From positions 353,599-417,598 of the forward strand of contig CAVYGH010000011.1 in NCBI GenBank assembly GCA_963767945.1: a stretch of 64,000 nucleotides of DNA, written 5' to 3'. This document shows positions 40,302 to 48,761 of this stretch, one piece after another. The first letter of the stretch is position 1, and each line of letters begins with the position of its first letter. Below the pieces are notes generated by a model, which was not told where the DNA came from, ran no database searches, and worked only from the letters and a program-made list of their open reading frames with translations. This DNA is from an uncultured Chloroflexia bacterium. Its GTDB lineage: Bacteria; Chloroflexota; Limnocylindria; Limnocylindrales; CSP1-4. Position numbers and translations under genes: made by a program.

Positions 40302-41141
40302 ATGAACCGAAGCCTGACCACCCTCTCGATCCTCGCCGTGCTCGCGATCGCGGGCTGCGGCAGCGACGGAGGCCCGACGCCGAGCATCGTCGCGGCCGCC
40401 ACGACGCCCACCCCGCCACCGAGCCCTTCGCCGACGGCGTCGCCGTCGCCCTCGCCGTCTCCGTCCGCGTCGGCCGCGATCGCGCCGAGCGGCTCGCCGG
40501 CGTCGGCCACGATCGACGAGGCGATCGACCCGGCCAACTTCGTCGCCGTCGTCGACAACCCGTGGTTCCCGCTGATCCCGGGCACGACGTTCACCTCGAA
40601 GGGTCGGGTGGATGGCGAGCCGACGACCGACGTGTTCGAGGTCACTCACGACACGCAGGTCGTCGACGGGATCACGACGACCGTGATCAAGGACGACGTG
40701 TTCGTCCGCGGCGTGCTCGAGGAGCGGACCGAGGACTGGTACGCGCAGGACCGCGACGGCAACGTCTGGTACTTCGGCGAGGAGACGGCCGAGCTGAACC
40801 CGAACGGCAAGGTCACGAGCACCGCCGGGTCGTGGGAGGCCGGTGTCGACGGCGCCCGGCCCGGGATCTTCATGCCCGCCGACCCCGCGGTCGGCGTGGC
40901 CTATCCGCAGGAGCAGTTCCCGGGCGAGGCCGAGGACTGGTTCGTCGTCCTGTTCGCCGACATGCGGGCGAAGGTCCCGGCAGGCACCTGGACGGACACC
41001 ATCGTGACCGGCGAGTGGACGCCGCTCGAGCCCGGCATCGTCGGCGAGAAGTGGTACGCGAAGGGCGTGGGGCAGGTCCGGGAGAACACGATCTCGGGCG
41101 GACAGGAGACGCTGGAGCTGGTCAAGGTCACCGGTCCCTGA
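40302..41141 (+). CDS. Lipoprotein of unknown function with a Pro/Ser/Thr-rich linker
   Basis: MNRSLTTLSILAVLAIAGCGS (lipobox), then TPTPPPSPSPTASPSPSPSPS, then a globular domain (NPWFPLIPGTTF..WYFGEET..GEKWYAKGVG). Confidence 0.6.
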   Translation: MNRSLTTLSILAVLAIAGCGSDGGPTPSIVAAATTPTPPPSPSPTASPSPSPSPSASAAIAPSGSPASATIDEAIDPANFVAVVDNPWFPLIPGTTFTSKGRVDGEPTTDVFEVTHDTQVVDGITTTVIKDDVFVRGVLEERTEDWYAQDRDGNVWYFGEETAELNPNGKVTSTAGSWEAGVDGARPGIFMPADPAVGVAYPQEQFPGEAEDWFVVLFADMRAKVPAGTWTDTIVTGEWTPLEPGIVGEKWYAKGVGQVRENTISGGQETLELVKVTGP

Positions 41142-41188
41142 GCGCTGCCGTGCGCCCGGTCCCGCGGGCGCACGGGTAGAGTCCGACC

Positions 41189-42061
41189 ATGACCGGACCG
41201 ACCGACCCCAGCCCCCGCGAGGCGTCCCACGCGCGGGTGATCGCCGTCCGCGGCGGCCAGGTGACGGTCCGCGAGGACCGGCTGTCGGGCGAGGAGCCGA
41301 TGGCGATCCGCGCCCAGGGCCCGGGCCAGGACCCGGTGGACGTCGCGGTGACGATGCGGACGCCCGGGCACGAGGACGAGCTCGCCGTCGGGTTCCTGCG
41401 GACCGAGGGGTTGATCGACGACGCGACCGAGGTCGTCGGGATCACCCGCGGCGACCCGGCCACGCACGCCCAGCCCGACGACGAGATCACGGTGGTCCTG
41501 GCCCGGCCGTTCGACGCGAGCCGCGTCGCCGAGCGCCACTTCGTGGCCACCGCATCGTGCGGGATCTGCGGCAAGGCGTCGCTCGACGAGGTGGAGGTCC
41601 GCTGCGATCCCATTCCCGCGGGGCCGGTGATCGACCCGTCCGTGCTCATCGGCCTCCCGGATCGGCTGCGCGAGGCGCAGGCGGTGTTCGAGGCGACGGG
41701 CGGGCTGCACGCGGCCGGCCTGTTCACGGCGTCCGGCGAGCTCGTCGCCCTGCGGGAGGACGTCGGCCGCCACAACGCGCTGGACAAGCTGGTCGGGAGC
41801 CAGGTCCTGGCCGGTCGGCTGCCGCTGCACGACCGGATCGTGCTCGTCTCGGGCCGGGCGAGCTTCGAGCTGGTGCAGAAGGCGGCGGTCGCCGGCGTGC
41901 CGATCCTCGCCGCGGTCTCCGCGCCGTCCGACCTGGCCGTCGACGCCGCCGAGCGCCTGGGCGTGACCCTGGTCGGCTTCCTGCGGGGCGACGGCTTCAA
42001 CGTCTACGCGCACGGGGAGCGCCTCGCGCTCGGGGACGCGTCACCCGGCGGCGCGACGTGA
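41189..42061 (+). CDS. fdhD: Formate dehydrogenase accessory sulfurtransferase FdhD
   Basis: Intact 290 aa with SCGICGKASLD, GGLHAAGLF, EDVGRHNALDKLVG and SGRASFELVQKAAVAGVP. Confidence 0.85.
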   Translation: MTGPTDPSPREASHARVIAVRGGQVTVREDRLSGEEPMAIRAQGPGQDPVDVAVTMRTPGHEDELAVGFLRTEGLIDDATEVVGITRGDPATHAQPDDEITVVLARPFDASRVAERHFVATASCGICGKASLDEVEVRCDPIPAGPVIDPSVLIGLPDRLREAQAVFEATGGLHAAGLFTASGELVALREDVGRHNALDKLVGSQVLAGRLPLHDRIVLVSGRASFELVQKAAVAGVPILAAVSAPSDLAVDAAERLGVTLVGFLRGDGFNVYAHGERLALGDASPGGAT

Positions 42062-42573
42062 TCCTGCCCAAGGTCCGGGATCCCCGGTTCATCACCGTGC
42101 GTCGCGGCGGCAGCCTCCGGGACGACGACCACCAGCGGCTCGCGGTCTGGGCGGCCGACTGTGCCCAGCACGTGCTGCACCACTTCGAGGACGCGCGGCC
42201 GGGTGACGACCGTCCACGACGCGCGATCGACCTGGGGCGGGCCTGGGCGCGGGGGGAGATCCCGTGGGCGGACGCCCGCACGGCGGCCGGCCATGCCAAC
42301 GCCGCGGCCAGGGACCTGCGTGGGGCGGCACGGCATGCCGCGTACGCCGCCGGCCAGGCCGCGGCGGTCGGTCACGTGGCGGCCCACGAGCTGGGCGCCG
42401 CGGCCTACGCGGTGCAGGCGGCGCGAGCGGCGGCGCCCGAGGGCGAGCGCGAGGCGGCCGGACGCCGGGAGTGCCGGTGGCAGCGCGCCCAGCTGCCCGC
42501 CGAGATCCGGGAGCTCGTGCTCGACGATCAGCGGCTGCGCAACGAGCTGTGCTGGTTCGCCTTCGACTGCTGA
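42058..42573 (+). CDS. Helical hypothetical protein (resembles the 'Imm5-like' putative immunity family, tentative)
   Basis: GTG 42058 overlaps the fdhD stop (GTGA). The sequence is ..HQRLAVWAADCAQHVLHHFEDARPGDDRPRRAIDLGRAWARGEI..AAHELGAAAYAVQAAR..ERECRWQRAQLPAEIRELVL. The family assignment is from memory only. Confidence 0.45.
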   Translation: MILPKVRDPRFITVRRGGSLRDDDHQRLAVWAADCAQHVLHHFEDARPGDDRPRRAIDLGRAWARGEIPWADARTAAGHANAAARDLRGAARHAAYAAGQAAAVGHVAAHELGAAAYAVQAARAAAPEGEREAAGRRECRWQRAQLPAEIRELVLDDQRLRNELCWFAFDC

Positions 42574-42594
42574 GCGCTCGACGGGCGGCTCGCC

Positions 42595-43593
42595 CTAGTC
42601 GGCCGCGGCGGCGTCCAGGGTCACCAGCAGGCGGCAGTGGTCGCCGACCGCCGAGCAGTCCACCGCGGTGCGGACCGGCCGGAGCATCGAGCCGGTCAGC
42701 ACGTGGTCGATCCGCAGCACGCCGAACCCGAGCGGCTCCAGCGCATCCGGTCGCCAGGTGAACCCGGGACCGATCCCGACGGCCTCGTGGGCGTCGACGA
42801 GCCCCCGCCGGAGGCTCTCGAGGCCGGGCTCCTGGCTGGTGCCGTTGAGGTCGCCGACGACGAGTGCCGCCGCCGGGTCGTCGAGCGCGTCGACCGCCGC
42901 GCGGACCGCGGCCACCTCCTGGTCGCGCGCCTTGGTGTTGAGCGAGAACGCGATCGGGCCGACGTTGCGGTAGAGCGGCCGGGTGGGGTGCACGTCGAGC
43001 AGCTCCACCGTTCGGCCGTCGGGGAGCAGCAGGCCGGCGTGGAGGATCCGTTCGTCTGGGTGTCCGGGGCGCTCGATCAGCGGGAGGCGGGACAGGATGC
43101 CGAGGCCGTCGGGTCCGGGCGCCGGGTCGAGGATCCGGTACGGGTAGCGCGTCAGCAGCGACGGGTCCGCGGCGATGGCCTCCGAGAACGCCGGCGTCAG
43201 CTCCTGGAGGGCCACGACGTCGGCGTCCATGTCGGCGATGCCGGCCACGGCGGCCGACGGTGGCTTCGACCCCATCTCGAGGTTCCAGGACAGGACCCTG
43301 AGGCCGTCGTCCGACGCCCGGTCGCCGGGGGACGAGAACAGCTCGCCGCCCACGAGCACGATCGCGACGACCAGGACCGCGACGGCGCCCAGTCGAGGCC
43401 AGGCGCCGGTCGTGCCCGAGCCCAGCGACGCGACGATGGCGAGGATCGCGAAGATGGCCGCCAGCGAGATCAGGTGGACCTCGAACACGCTCGCCAGCGG
43501 CAGCGGACCGGTCTGGGCGCGCACGACCCGCTGGACGAGCACGACGAGGACGAGGAACCCCGCGGCGGCGACAAACACCATGGCGCGCATCAC
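42595..43593 (-). CDS. Endonuclease/exonuclease/phosphatase (EEP) family protein with N-terminal TM helices
   Basis: Intact 332 aa with three N-terminal hydrophobic segments, then LRVLSWNLE, DVVALQEL, VVGDLNG and VLRIDHVL. Confidence 0.75.
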   Translation of the reverse strand: MMRAMVFVAAAGFLVLVVLVQRVVRAQTGPLPLASVFEVHLISLAAIFAILAIVASLGSGTTGAWPRLGAVAVLVVAIVLVGGELFSSPGDRASDDGLRVLSWNLEMGSKPPSAAVAGIADMDADVVALQELTPAFSEAIAADPSLLTRYPYRILDPAPGPDGLGILSRLPLIERPGHPDERILHAGLLLPDGRTVELLDVHPTRPLYRNVGPIAFSLNTKARDQEVAAVRAAVDALDDPAAALVVGDLNGTSQEPGLESLRRGLVDAHEAVGIGPGFTWRPDALEPLGFGVLRIDHVLTGSMLRPVRTAVDCSAVGDHCRLLVTLDAAAAD

Positions 43594-43630
43594 CGCCCCG
43601 AACGAGCCGGGGGTCGCGGATGTGACGCCC

Positions 43631-44689
43631 TCACGCTTGCGGCGGGTCCCCGGGCAGGCGCGAGCCCTTCGGCAGCAGCTGGACGAACTCGTAGCCGAAG
43701 CGGCCCTTGACGCACAGGTGGCCGTCGGTCACCGACGAATCGGCGGGCGAGGTGACCTTGACGATCGCGTTGTCCTGGACGTGCAGCGACAGCGTGCAGC
43801 CCACGCCGCAGTACGGGCAGATCGTGTCGGTCACGGTCTGCGCCTCGGGAGCCCATGTGCCGGCCTCGCGCATGTCGAACTCGGACTTGAACATCAGGGC
43901 ACCCGTCGGGCAGACGCCGATGCAGTTGCCGCAGTACACGCAGGCGGACTCCGGGAGCGCGACGTCGAACTCGGTCGAGATCCGCGCGTCGAAGCCCCGG
44001 CCGGCCACCGCGATCGCGAACGTGTTCTGCGCGTCCTCGCCGCACGCCTCGACGCACTTGTAGCAGAGGATGCAGCGCGAGTAGTCGCGGACGTACAGGT
44101 CGTTGTCCACCTTGACCGGCTGGGCCACGGTCTCGGCCGCCGCCGGGTGCCCGGCGTCGACCGCGGGCGCGTGGTGGTGGCCAGGCTCGCGCGCGTCGCG
44201 CTCGCCGGCCTGGGCGGCAGGCTGCGGCGGGCCGAAGCGCGTCGCGTCCGCGCCGTACCGGTCCGCGTATCGCGCGAGGTCGCCGTCGGGCTCCGCGGGG
44301 CCGGCCAGCGAGAGGTCGACCGACGAGCCGAGCAGCTCCAGGACCAGCCGCCGCGAGTGCCGAACGCGCTCGCTGTCGGTCTGGACCTCCATCCCGGCCT
44401 CGACCCGGCGCGAGCAGGCGGGCACGAGGACCCGCGACCCGGTCACCTCGACCACGCACACCCGGCACACGTTGACCGGCGTCAGGTTCTCGAGATAGCA
44501 CAGCGTCGGCGTGTCCACGCCCACCGACCGGGCGGCCTCGAGGATCGTGGACCCGGCGGGGACGGAGACGGGCGCGCCGTCGATGCTGAGCTCGACGACC
44601 GGCACCTCGGGTTGCGGTGGCGCCTCGGGCACGCGCGTCGGGCGCGCCGGGAGCTCGGTGTAGATGCGCGAGATGTCGGGCGTGCTCAT
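43631..44689 (-). CDS. Fe-S N-terminal module of NAD-type formate dehydrogenase alpha subunit (NuoG-like 2Fe-2S + 4Fe-4S domains plus the Molybdop_Fe4S4 domain), ending where the Mo-bisPGD domain should begin
   Basis: SIDGAPVSVPAGSTILEAAR..PTLCYLENLTPVNVCRVCVVEV; CILCYKCVEACGE; CVYCGNCIGVCPTGAL; ICPYCGVGCTLSL...DGHLCVKGRFGYEFVQ, then 15 unrelated residues and a stop. ATG 44689 overlaps the upstream stop (ATGA). Confidence 0.8.
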   Translation of the reverse strand: MSTPDISRIYTELPARPTRVPEAPPQPEVPVVELSIDGAPVSVPAGSTILEAARSVGVDTPTLCYLENLTPVNVCRVCVVEVTGSRVLVPACSRRVEAGMEVQTDSERVRHSRRLVLELLGSSVDLSLAGPAEPDGDLARYADRYGADATRFGPPQPAAQAGERDAREPGHHHAPAVDAGHPAAAETVAQPVKVDNDLYVRDYSRCILCYKCVEACGEDAQNTFAIAVAGRGFDARISTEFDVALPESACVYCGNCIGVCPTGALMFKSEFDMREAGTWAPEAQTVTDTICPYCGVGCTLSLHVQDNAIVKVTSPADSSVTDGHLCVKGRFGYEFVQLLPKGSRLPGDPPQA

Positions 44690-46584
44690 GCGCCGATCGC
44701 CTCGAAGTGGACGAGCCCGCCCTTGATCGCGCTCTCGATGGCCGAGGAGGCCGTCTGGCCCAGGCCGCAGATCGAGGCGTCGCGCATCGCGCGCGCCAGG
44801 TCGTCGAACAGGGCGACCTCCGCGTCGACCGAGCCCATCGGGCGCCCCGCGGCCAGCCGCGCGAGCAGTTCCTCCTGGCGTACGGTCCCGACCCGGCACG
44901 GGACGCACTGGCCGCACGACTCGTCGCGGAAGAAGGCGGCGATGCGGCGCAGGGTCCCGGGCAGGTCCGCGGTCTCGTCGAACACCATGACCACGCCCGA
45001 GCCGAGCGTCGCCCCCGCGGCGCGCGTGCCCTCGAACGTCATCCGGGTGCCCAGCGCGTCGCGGCCCACGAACGCGCCCGCCGCGCCGCCCAGCAGGATC
45101 GCCTGGATCCGGCGGTTGCCCGGGACGCCGCCGGCCAGCTCGATCAGGTCGCCCAGGGTGGACCCGAACTCGGTCTCGTAGACGCCGGGCCGGGCGACGT
45201 GACCGGAGATGCAGAACAGCTTCGGCCCCGTCGACCCCTCCGTCCCGAGCGTCGCGTAGACGGCCCCGCCGTCGTGCAGGACCAGCGGCAGGTTGACCAG
45301 GGTCTCGACGTTGTTCACGGCGGTCGGCTTGCCGAACAGGCCCACCTCGACCGGGAACGGCGGCTTGTTGCGCGGCTCGGGGCGCCCGCCCTCGATCGAC
45401 TCGAACAGGGCCGTCTCCTCGCCCGCGATGTACGCCCCGGCGCCGATCCGGAGCTCGATGTCGAACGACCAGCCGGAGCCCGCGACGTCGTCGCCGAGCA
45501 GGTCGGCGCGGCGCGCCTGGTCGATCGCGGCGGCGAGGCGGGTGCGGGCCAGCGGGTACTCGCCCCGCAGGTACAGGTAGCCGCGCGACGCGCCGACGGC
45601 GAACCCGGCGATGGTCATCGACTCGACCAGCGCGAACGGGTCGTGCTCGAGGATCACCCGGTCCTTGAAGGTGCCCGGCTCGGACTCGTCCGCGTTGCAC
45701 ACGAGGTAGCGCGGCGTCGCGGGCTGGCCGGCCACCGCGGCCCACTTGCGACCGGTCGGGAACGCGGCCCCGCCCCGCCCGACCAGCCTGGCCGCCGTCA
45801 CCTCGTCGATGACCGCCTGCGGTCCCATGGCCAGCGCCTTGTGCAGCGCGCGATAGCCGCCGTCGTCGCGGTACGCGTCGAGCGACGTCGGGTCCACCCG
45901 GCCGACCCGCTTCAGCAGTCGCAGCGACGGATCGCCGGCCTGCGGCGCGAGCTGTCCCGCATCGACGACGTCGGGGTCGATGTCGGGCGACAGCCTGACG
46001 GTCGTCAGGAGGTCGAGGACGTCGTCCGCTCCGAAGAGGCCGCCCTGGACGTGCGCCCGGGCCCCCGGACCCGCGGCCGTGACCATCACCGCCGGCGCGC
46101 GCTCGCACTGGCCGAGGCAGGGACTGCGCAGCCAGGTCGTCTCGCCGTCCGTTCCGTCCGTGCCGGCCGGCCCGTGGCGCGCCGCCAGCTCGTCGCAGAT
46201 CCGTTCCGCGCCGGCCAGCCGGCAGGCGATGTCGTCGCACACGTGGGCGACGACCGGTGCGCGCGGGGTCGTGGGCAGCAGCGCGTAGAACGACGCGACG
46301 CCGTACGCCTCGGCGGGCGGGACCGCGAGCCGTCGGGACACGTGGTTCAGCGCGCCCCGGCTGACCCAGCCGATCCGGCCGGCGGCCGCTTCGAGGGCGG
46401 GCAGCAGGAGGTCGCGTCGCGCTCGGGCGTCGTGGCCGCCGTGCGACACGTGGCCGTCGACGGCGGTGTCGCGGGTGCCTCCGGCCCAGCCCGATCGCGG
46501 CGCCCCGATCTCCGGGTCCAGCACGGCGTCGATCGCCGCCCGCTCCTCGGGCGTGGCCGCGGGCCCGACGACGTGGAGGTCCAT
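44686..46584 (-). CDS. NuoE-NuoF fusion protein (NAD(H)-binding, FMN, Fe-S; formate dehydrogenase beta/gamma-like)
   Basis: Intact 632 aa. NuoE part: ..FYALL..VCDDIAC..SPCLGQCERAP. NuoF part: GRGGAAFPTGRKW, LVCNADESEPGTFKDR, AGAYIAGEETAL and ESCGQCVPCRVG..ASICGLGQ. Confidence 0.85.
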   Translation of the reverse strand: MDLHVVGPAATPEERAAIDAVLDPEIGAPRSGWAGGTRDTAVDGHVSHGGHDARARRDLLLPALEAAAGRIGWVSRGALNHVSRRLAVPPAEAYGVASFYALLPTTPRAPVVAHVCDDIACRLAGAERICDELAARHGPAGTDGTDGETTWLRSPCLGQCERAPAVMVTAAGPGARAHVQGGLFGADDVLDLLTTVRLSPDIDPDVVDAGQLAPQAGDPSLRLLKRVGRVDPTSLDAYRDDGGYRALHKALAMGPQAVIDEVTAARLVGRGGAAFPTGRKWAAVAGQPATPRYLVCNADESEPGTFKDRVILEHDPFALVESMTIAGFAVGASRGYLYLRGEYPLARTRLAAAIDQARRADLLGDDVAGSGWSFDIELRIGAGAYIAGEETALFESIEGGRPEPRNKPPFPVEVGLFGKPTAVNNVETLVNLPLVLHDGGAVYATLGTEGSTGPKLFCISGHVARPGVYETEFGSTLGDLIELAGGVPGNRRIQAILLGGAAGAFVGRDALGTRMTFEGTRAAGATLGSGVVMVFDETADLPGTLRRIAAFFRDESCGQCVPCRVGTVRQEELLARLAAGRPMGSVDAEVALFDDLARAMRDASICGLGQTASSAIESAIKGGLVHFEAIGA

Positions 46585-46605
46585 CGAGCCCGAGTGTAGT
46601 GCGCC

Positions 46606-47719
46606 CTACAGCGTCAGCGGCGGCCCGTACCAGACCGAGGCCGCGATGATCGCGTAGAGACCCAGCAGCATCAGGCCCTCGAGCCAGGTCGACTCGCCGT
46701 CGAACACGACGAATGCCCCGAGGACCGCGCTGAGCGTCGAGCCCGACCAGCAGCGTGGGCGACAGCACGAGCGTCATCGGGACCGGCGACACGAACAGGC
46801 TGGCGAGCACCATCAGCGGCAGCAGCGCGATCGCGACCTGCAGGCTCGAGTTCTGGATGAGGCTGATCGCGAGGTCCGTCCGGCCCTTCCACGCCTGCTG
46901 GACGCCGACGACGTGCTCGACCGCGTTGCCCGCCAGAGCGACGACCACGAGGCCCACGAACGCCTCCGACCAGCCGAGCGCCGCCATGGTCGGCTGGAGC
47001 GCGTCCACGAACCACTCCGAGATGACCGCGGCGCCGATCGCCGAGGCCGCGAGCACGACGACCGCCAGCCGCAGCGGCCAGGCGTGCTCCTTGGGCGGAC
47101 CGATCGCCGAGGCCCCCTTGCCGCCCGCCAGCGAGTACGGGATGGAGGCCGCGAAGATCACCAGCAGGATCACGGACACGAACACCGAGATCTCCACCGC
47201 GTGGCCGCGGTCGGGCCCGCTGGGCGCCGTCGAGACCGTGGGGATCGCGATCGCGGCCACCGCCAGCACGAGCACGACCGCGATGGTCCGCACCGGCGCG
47301 GCGTCGAACACCTGGCGCCCGTTGCGCAGGCCGCCCGCGAAGAACGCGAGGCCCAGCACGAGCAGGCTGTTGCCGAGGATCGAGCCGATCAGGGACGTCT
47401 GCGTCAGGACGACGAGGCCCTCCTGCAGGGCGAAGATCGAGATGAACAGCTCCGGCAGGTTGCCCAGCGCCGACTGGAGGACGCCGGTCGTGCCCGCCCC
47501 GAAGTGGGAGCCGAGGTGATCGGTGCCCTCGCCCACCAGCCCGGCGAGGACCGCGAGCGTCACGGTCGAGGCGACGAACACCGCCACGTCCGGCGCACCG
47601 GCGACCTTGAGGCCCGCGGTCACGAGGATGCCCACGACCGCGACGATCGCCATCGCCAGCGCGGCGCGGCCGAGCAGCCCGACGATGCCGGACGGGTGTT
47701 GGGCGGGAGCGTCGGCCAT
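46606..47719 (-). CDS. cax: Ca2+/H+ (cation/proton) antiporter, CaCA/CAX family; frame break near 46745
   Basis: MADAPAQH.. with the alpha-repeats GNLPELFISIFAL and LAGNAVEHVVGV and 10-11 TM helices. The C-terminus is recovered in the adjacent frame (STLSAVLGAFVVFDGESTWLEGLMLLGLYAIIAASVWYGPPLTL-TAG 46606). Confidence 0.8.
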
Positions 47720-47783
47720 CGACCCACTCTCGCGGCGCGCGCCGCGCCATGTCAATTCGCCGGCGATCCGGGATGATCGCGCC

Positions 47784-48524
47784 ATGTCCCTGCGCCACCA
47801 CGAGATCGCCGAAGCCAACCACCGGATCCTCGATCCGATCACCGAGCCGAAGCTCCGGCTGCTCGGCGAGGTCTCGGGCGTCGCGGCCGGCACGCGCGTG
47901 CTCGATCTCGCCTGCGGCAAGGGCGAGATGCTCTGCCGCTGGGCCGAGTGGTTCGGGTCGGGCGGGCTGGGCGTCGACCTCAGCCCCGTGTTCCTGGCCG
48001 CGGCCGCCGAACGCGCCGCGGAGCTCGGCGTCGGCGATCGCGTCACGTTCGTCCAGGGCGACGCCGGGGCCTTCGAGCCCGAGCCGGCCGCCTTCGACAT
48101 CGGCGCGTGCATCGGCGCGACGTGGATCGGCGGCGGACTCGCCGGCACGGTCGACCTGCTGCGGCCGGCCATCCGGCGCGACGGGCGCCTGCTCATCGGC
48201 GAGCCCTACTGGACCGAGCCGCCGCCGGACGAGGCGGTCGAGGCGCTCGGGTTCGCGCCCGACGAGTTCGTCTCCCTCGAGGGCACGCTCGACCGCCTCG
48301 AGGCGGCGGGCACGGAGCTCGTGGAGCTGGTCCTCGCCGACGGCGACAGCTGGGACCGCTACGAGGCGGCCCAGTGGCGCACGATCGACGCGTGGCTGGC
48401 CGCCAACCCGGCCGATCCGGACCACGACGCGATGCGCGAGTTCCTGGACCACGGCCGGCGGACCTACCTGCGCTGGGGCCGGCGCTACCTCGGCTGGGGC
48501 GTCTTCGTCACCCGTCCGCGCTGA
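47784..48524 (+). CDS. Class I SAM-dependent methyltransferase
   Basis: MSLRHHEIAEANHRILDP...VLDLACGKGEML (motif I)...GVDLSPVFL..FVQGDA.. within ORF 47523..48524. Confidence 0.75.
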   Translation: MSLRHHEIAEANHRILDPITEPKLRLLGEVSGVAAGTRVLDLACGKGEMLCRWAEWFGSGGLGVDLSPVFLAAAAERAAELGVGDRVTFVQGDAGAFEPEPAAFDIGACIGATWIGGGLAGTVDLLRPAIRRDGRLLIGEPYWTEPPPDEAVEALGFAPDEFVSLEGTLDRLEAAGTELVELVLADGDSWDRYEAAQWRTIDAWLAANPADPDHDAMREFLDHGRRTYLRWGRRYLGWGVFVTRPR

Positions 48525-48561
48525 GCGTCGGCGCACCCCGGCGCCCGACCACCGCGCGTCC

Positions 48562-48725
48562 CGTGCACCGCATGCACGCATTGGTGTCGCCTTCGTCGGC
48601 GGCGTGCATCGCATTCACGCACGCGACAGCATCCGGGTCCTGAGATCGGGTCCGACGAGCGCCCGACGTGAATGGCGTGCACGCCAGCGGTCGCGACGAC
48701 ACGGATCACGTGATTGGCGTTCACG
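48562..48725. repeat. Array of four related 17-bp palindromes CGTGMA-N5-TKCACG in a convergent intergenic region
   Basis: The four copies are 48562-48578 CGTGCACCGCATGCACG (perfect 6+5+6), 48603-48619 CGTGCATCGCATTCACG, 48667-48683 CGTGAATGGCGTGCACG and 48709-48725 CGTGATTGGCGTTCACG. Copies 3 and 4 are inverted relative to 1 and 2. The spacings are 41, 64 and 42 bp. Confidence 0.6.
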
Positions 48726-48761
48726 CCGTGGGATGGGCGGGACGCGAGAACCGGCCCGAGC

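Noticed and set aside
43631-48196. 1521-aa ORF on the minus strand.
   Set aside because: It is a composite. Only the segments matching cax (46606-47719) and the FdhA N-module (43631-44689) are protein-like. The stretch over the nuoEF region is an Arg/Pro-rich alternative frame.
48485-48724. Small ORFs (79 aa and 64 aa, minus strand) inside the palindrome array.
   Set aside because: I saw no RBS, family resemblance or coding-like composition. The region is better explained by the four repeated palindromes.
48562-48725. Interpretation of the CGTGA..TCACG palindromes as CRP/GlxR (TGTGA-N6-TCACA) sites, which is tempting given the neighbouring cNMP-domain transporter.
   Set aside because: The half-site spacing is effectively N7 when read as GTGA/TCAC, and several right halves are GCAC. 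The fit to CRP-type sites is poor, so they are left as unassigned palindromes.
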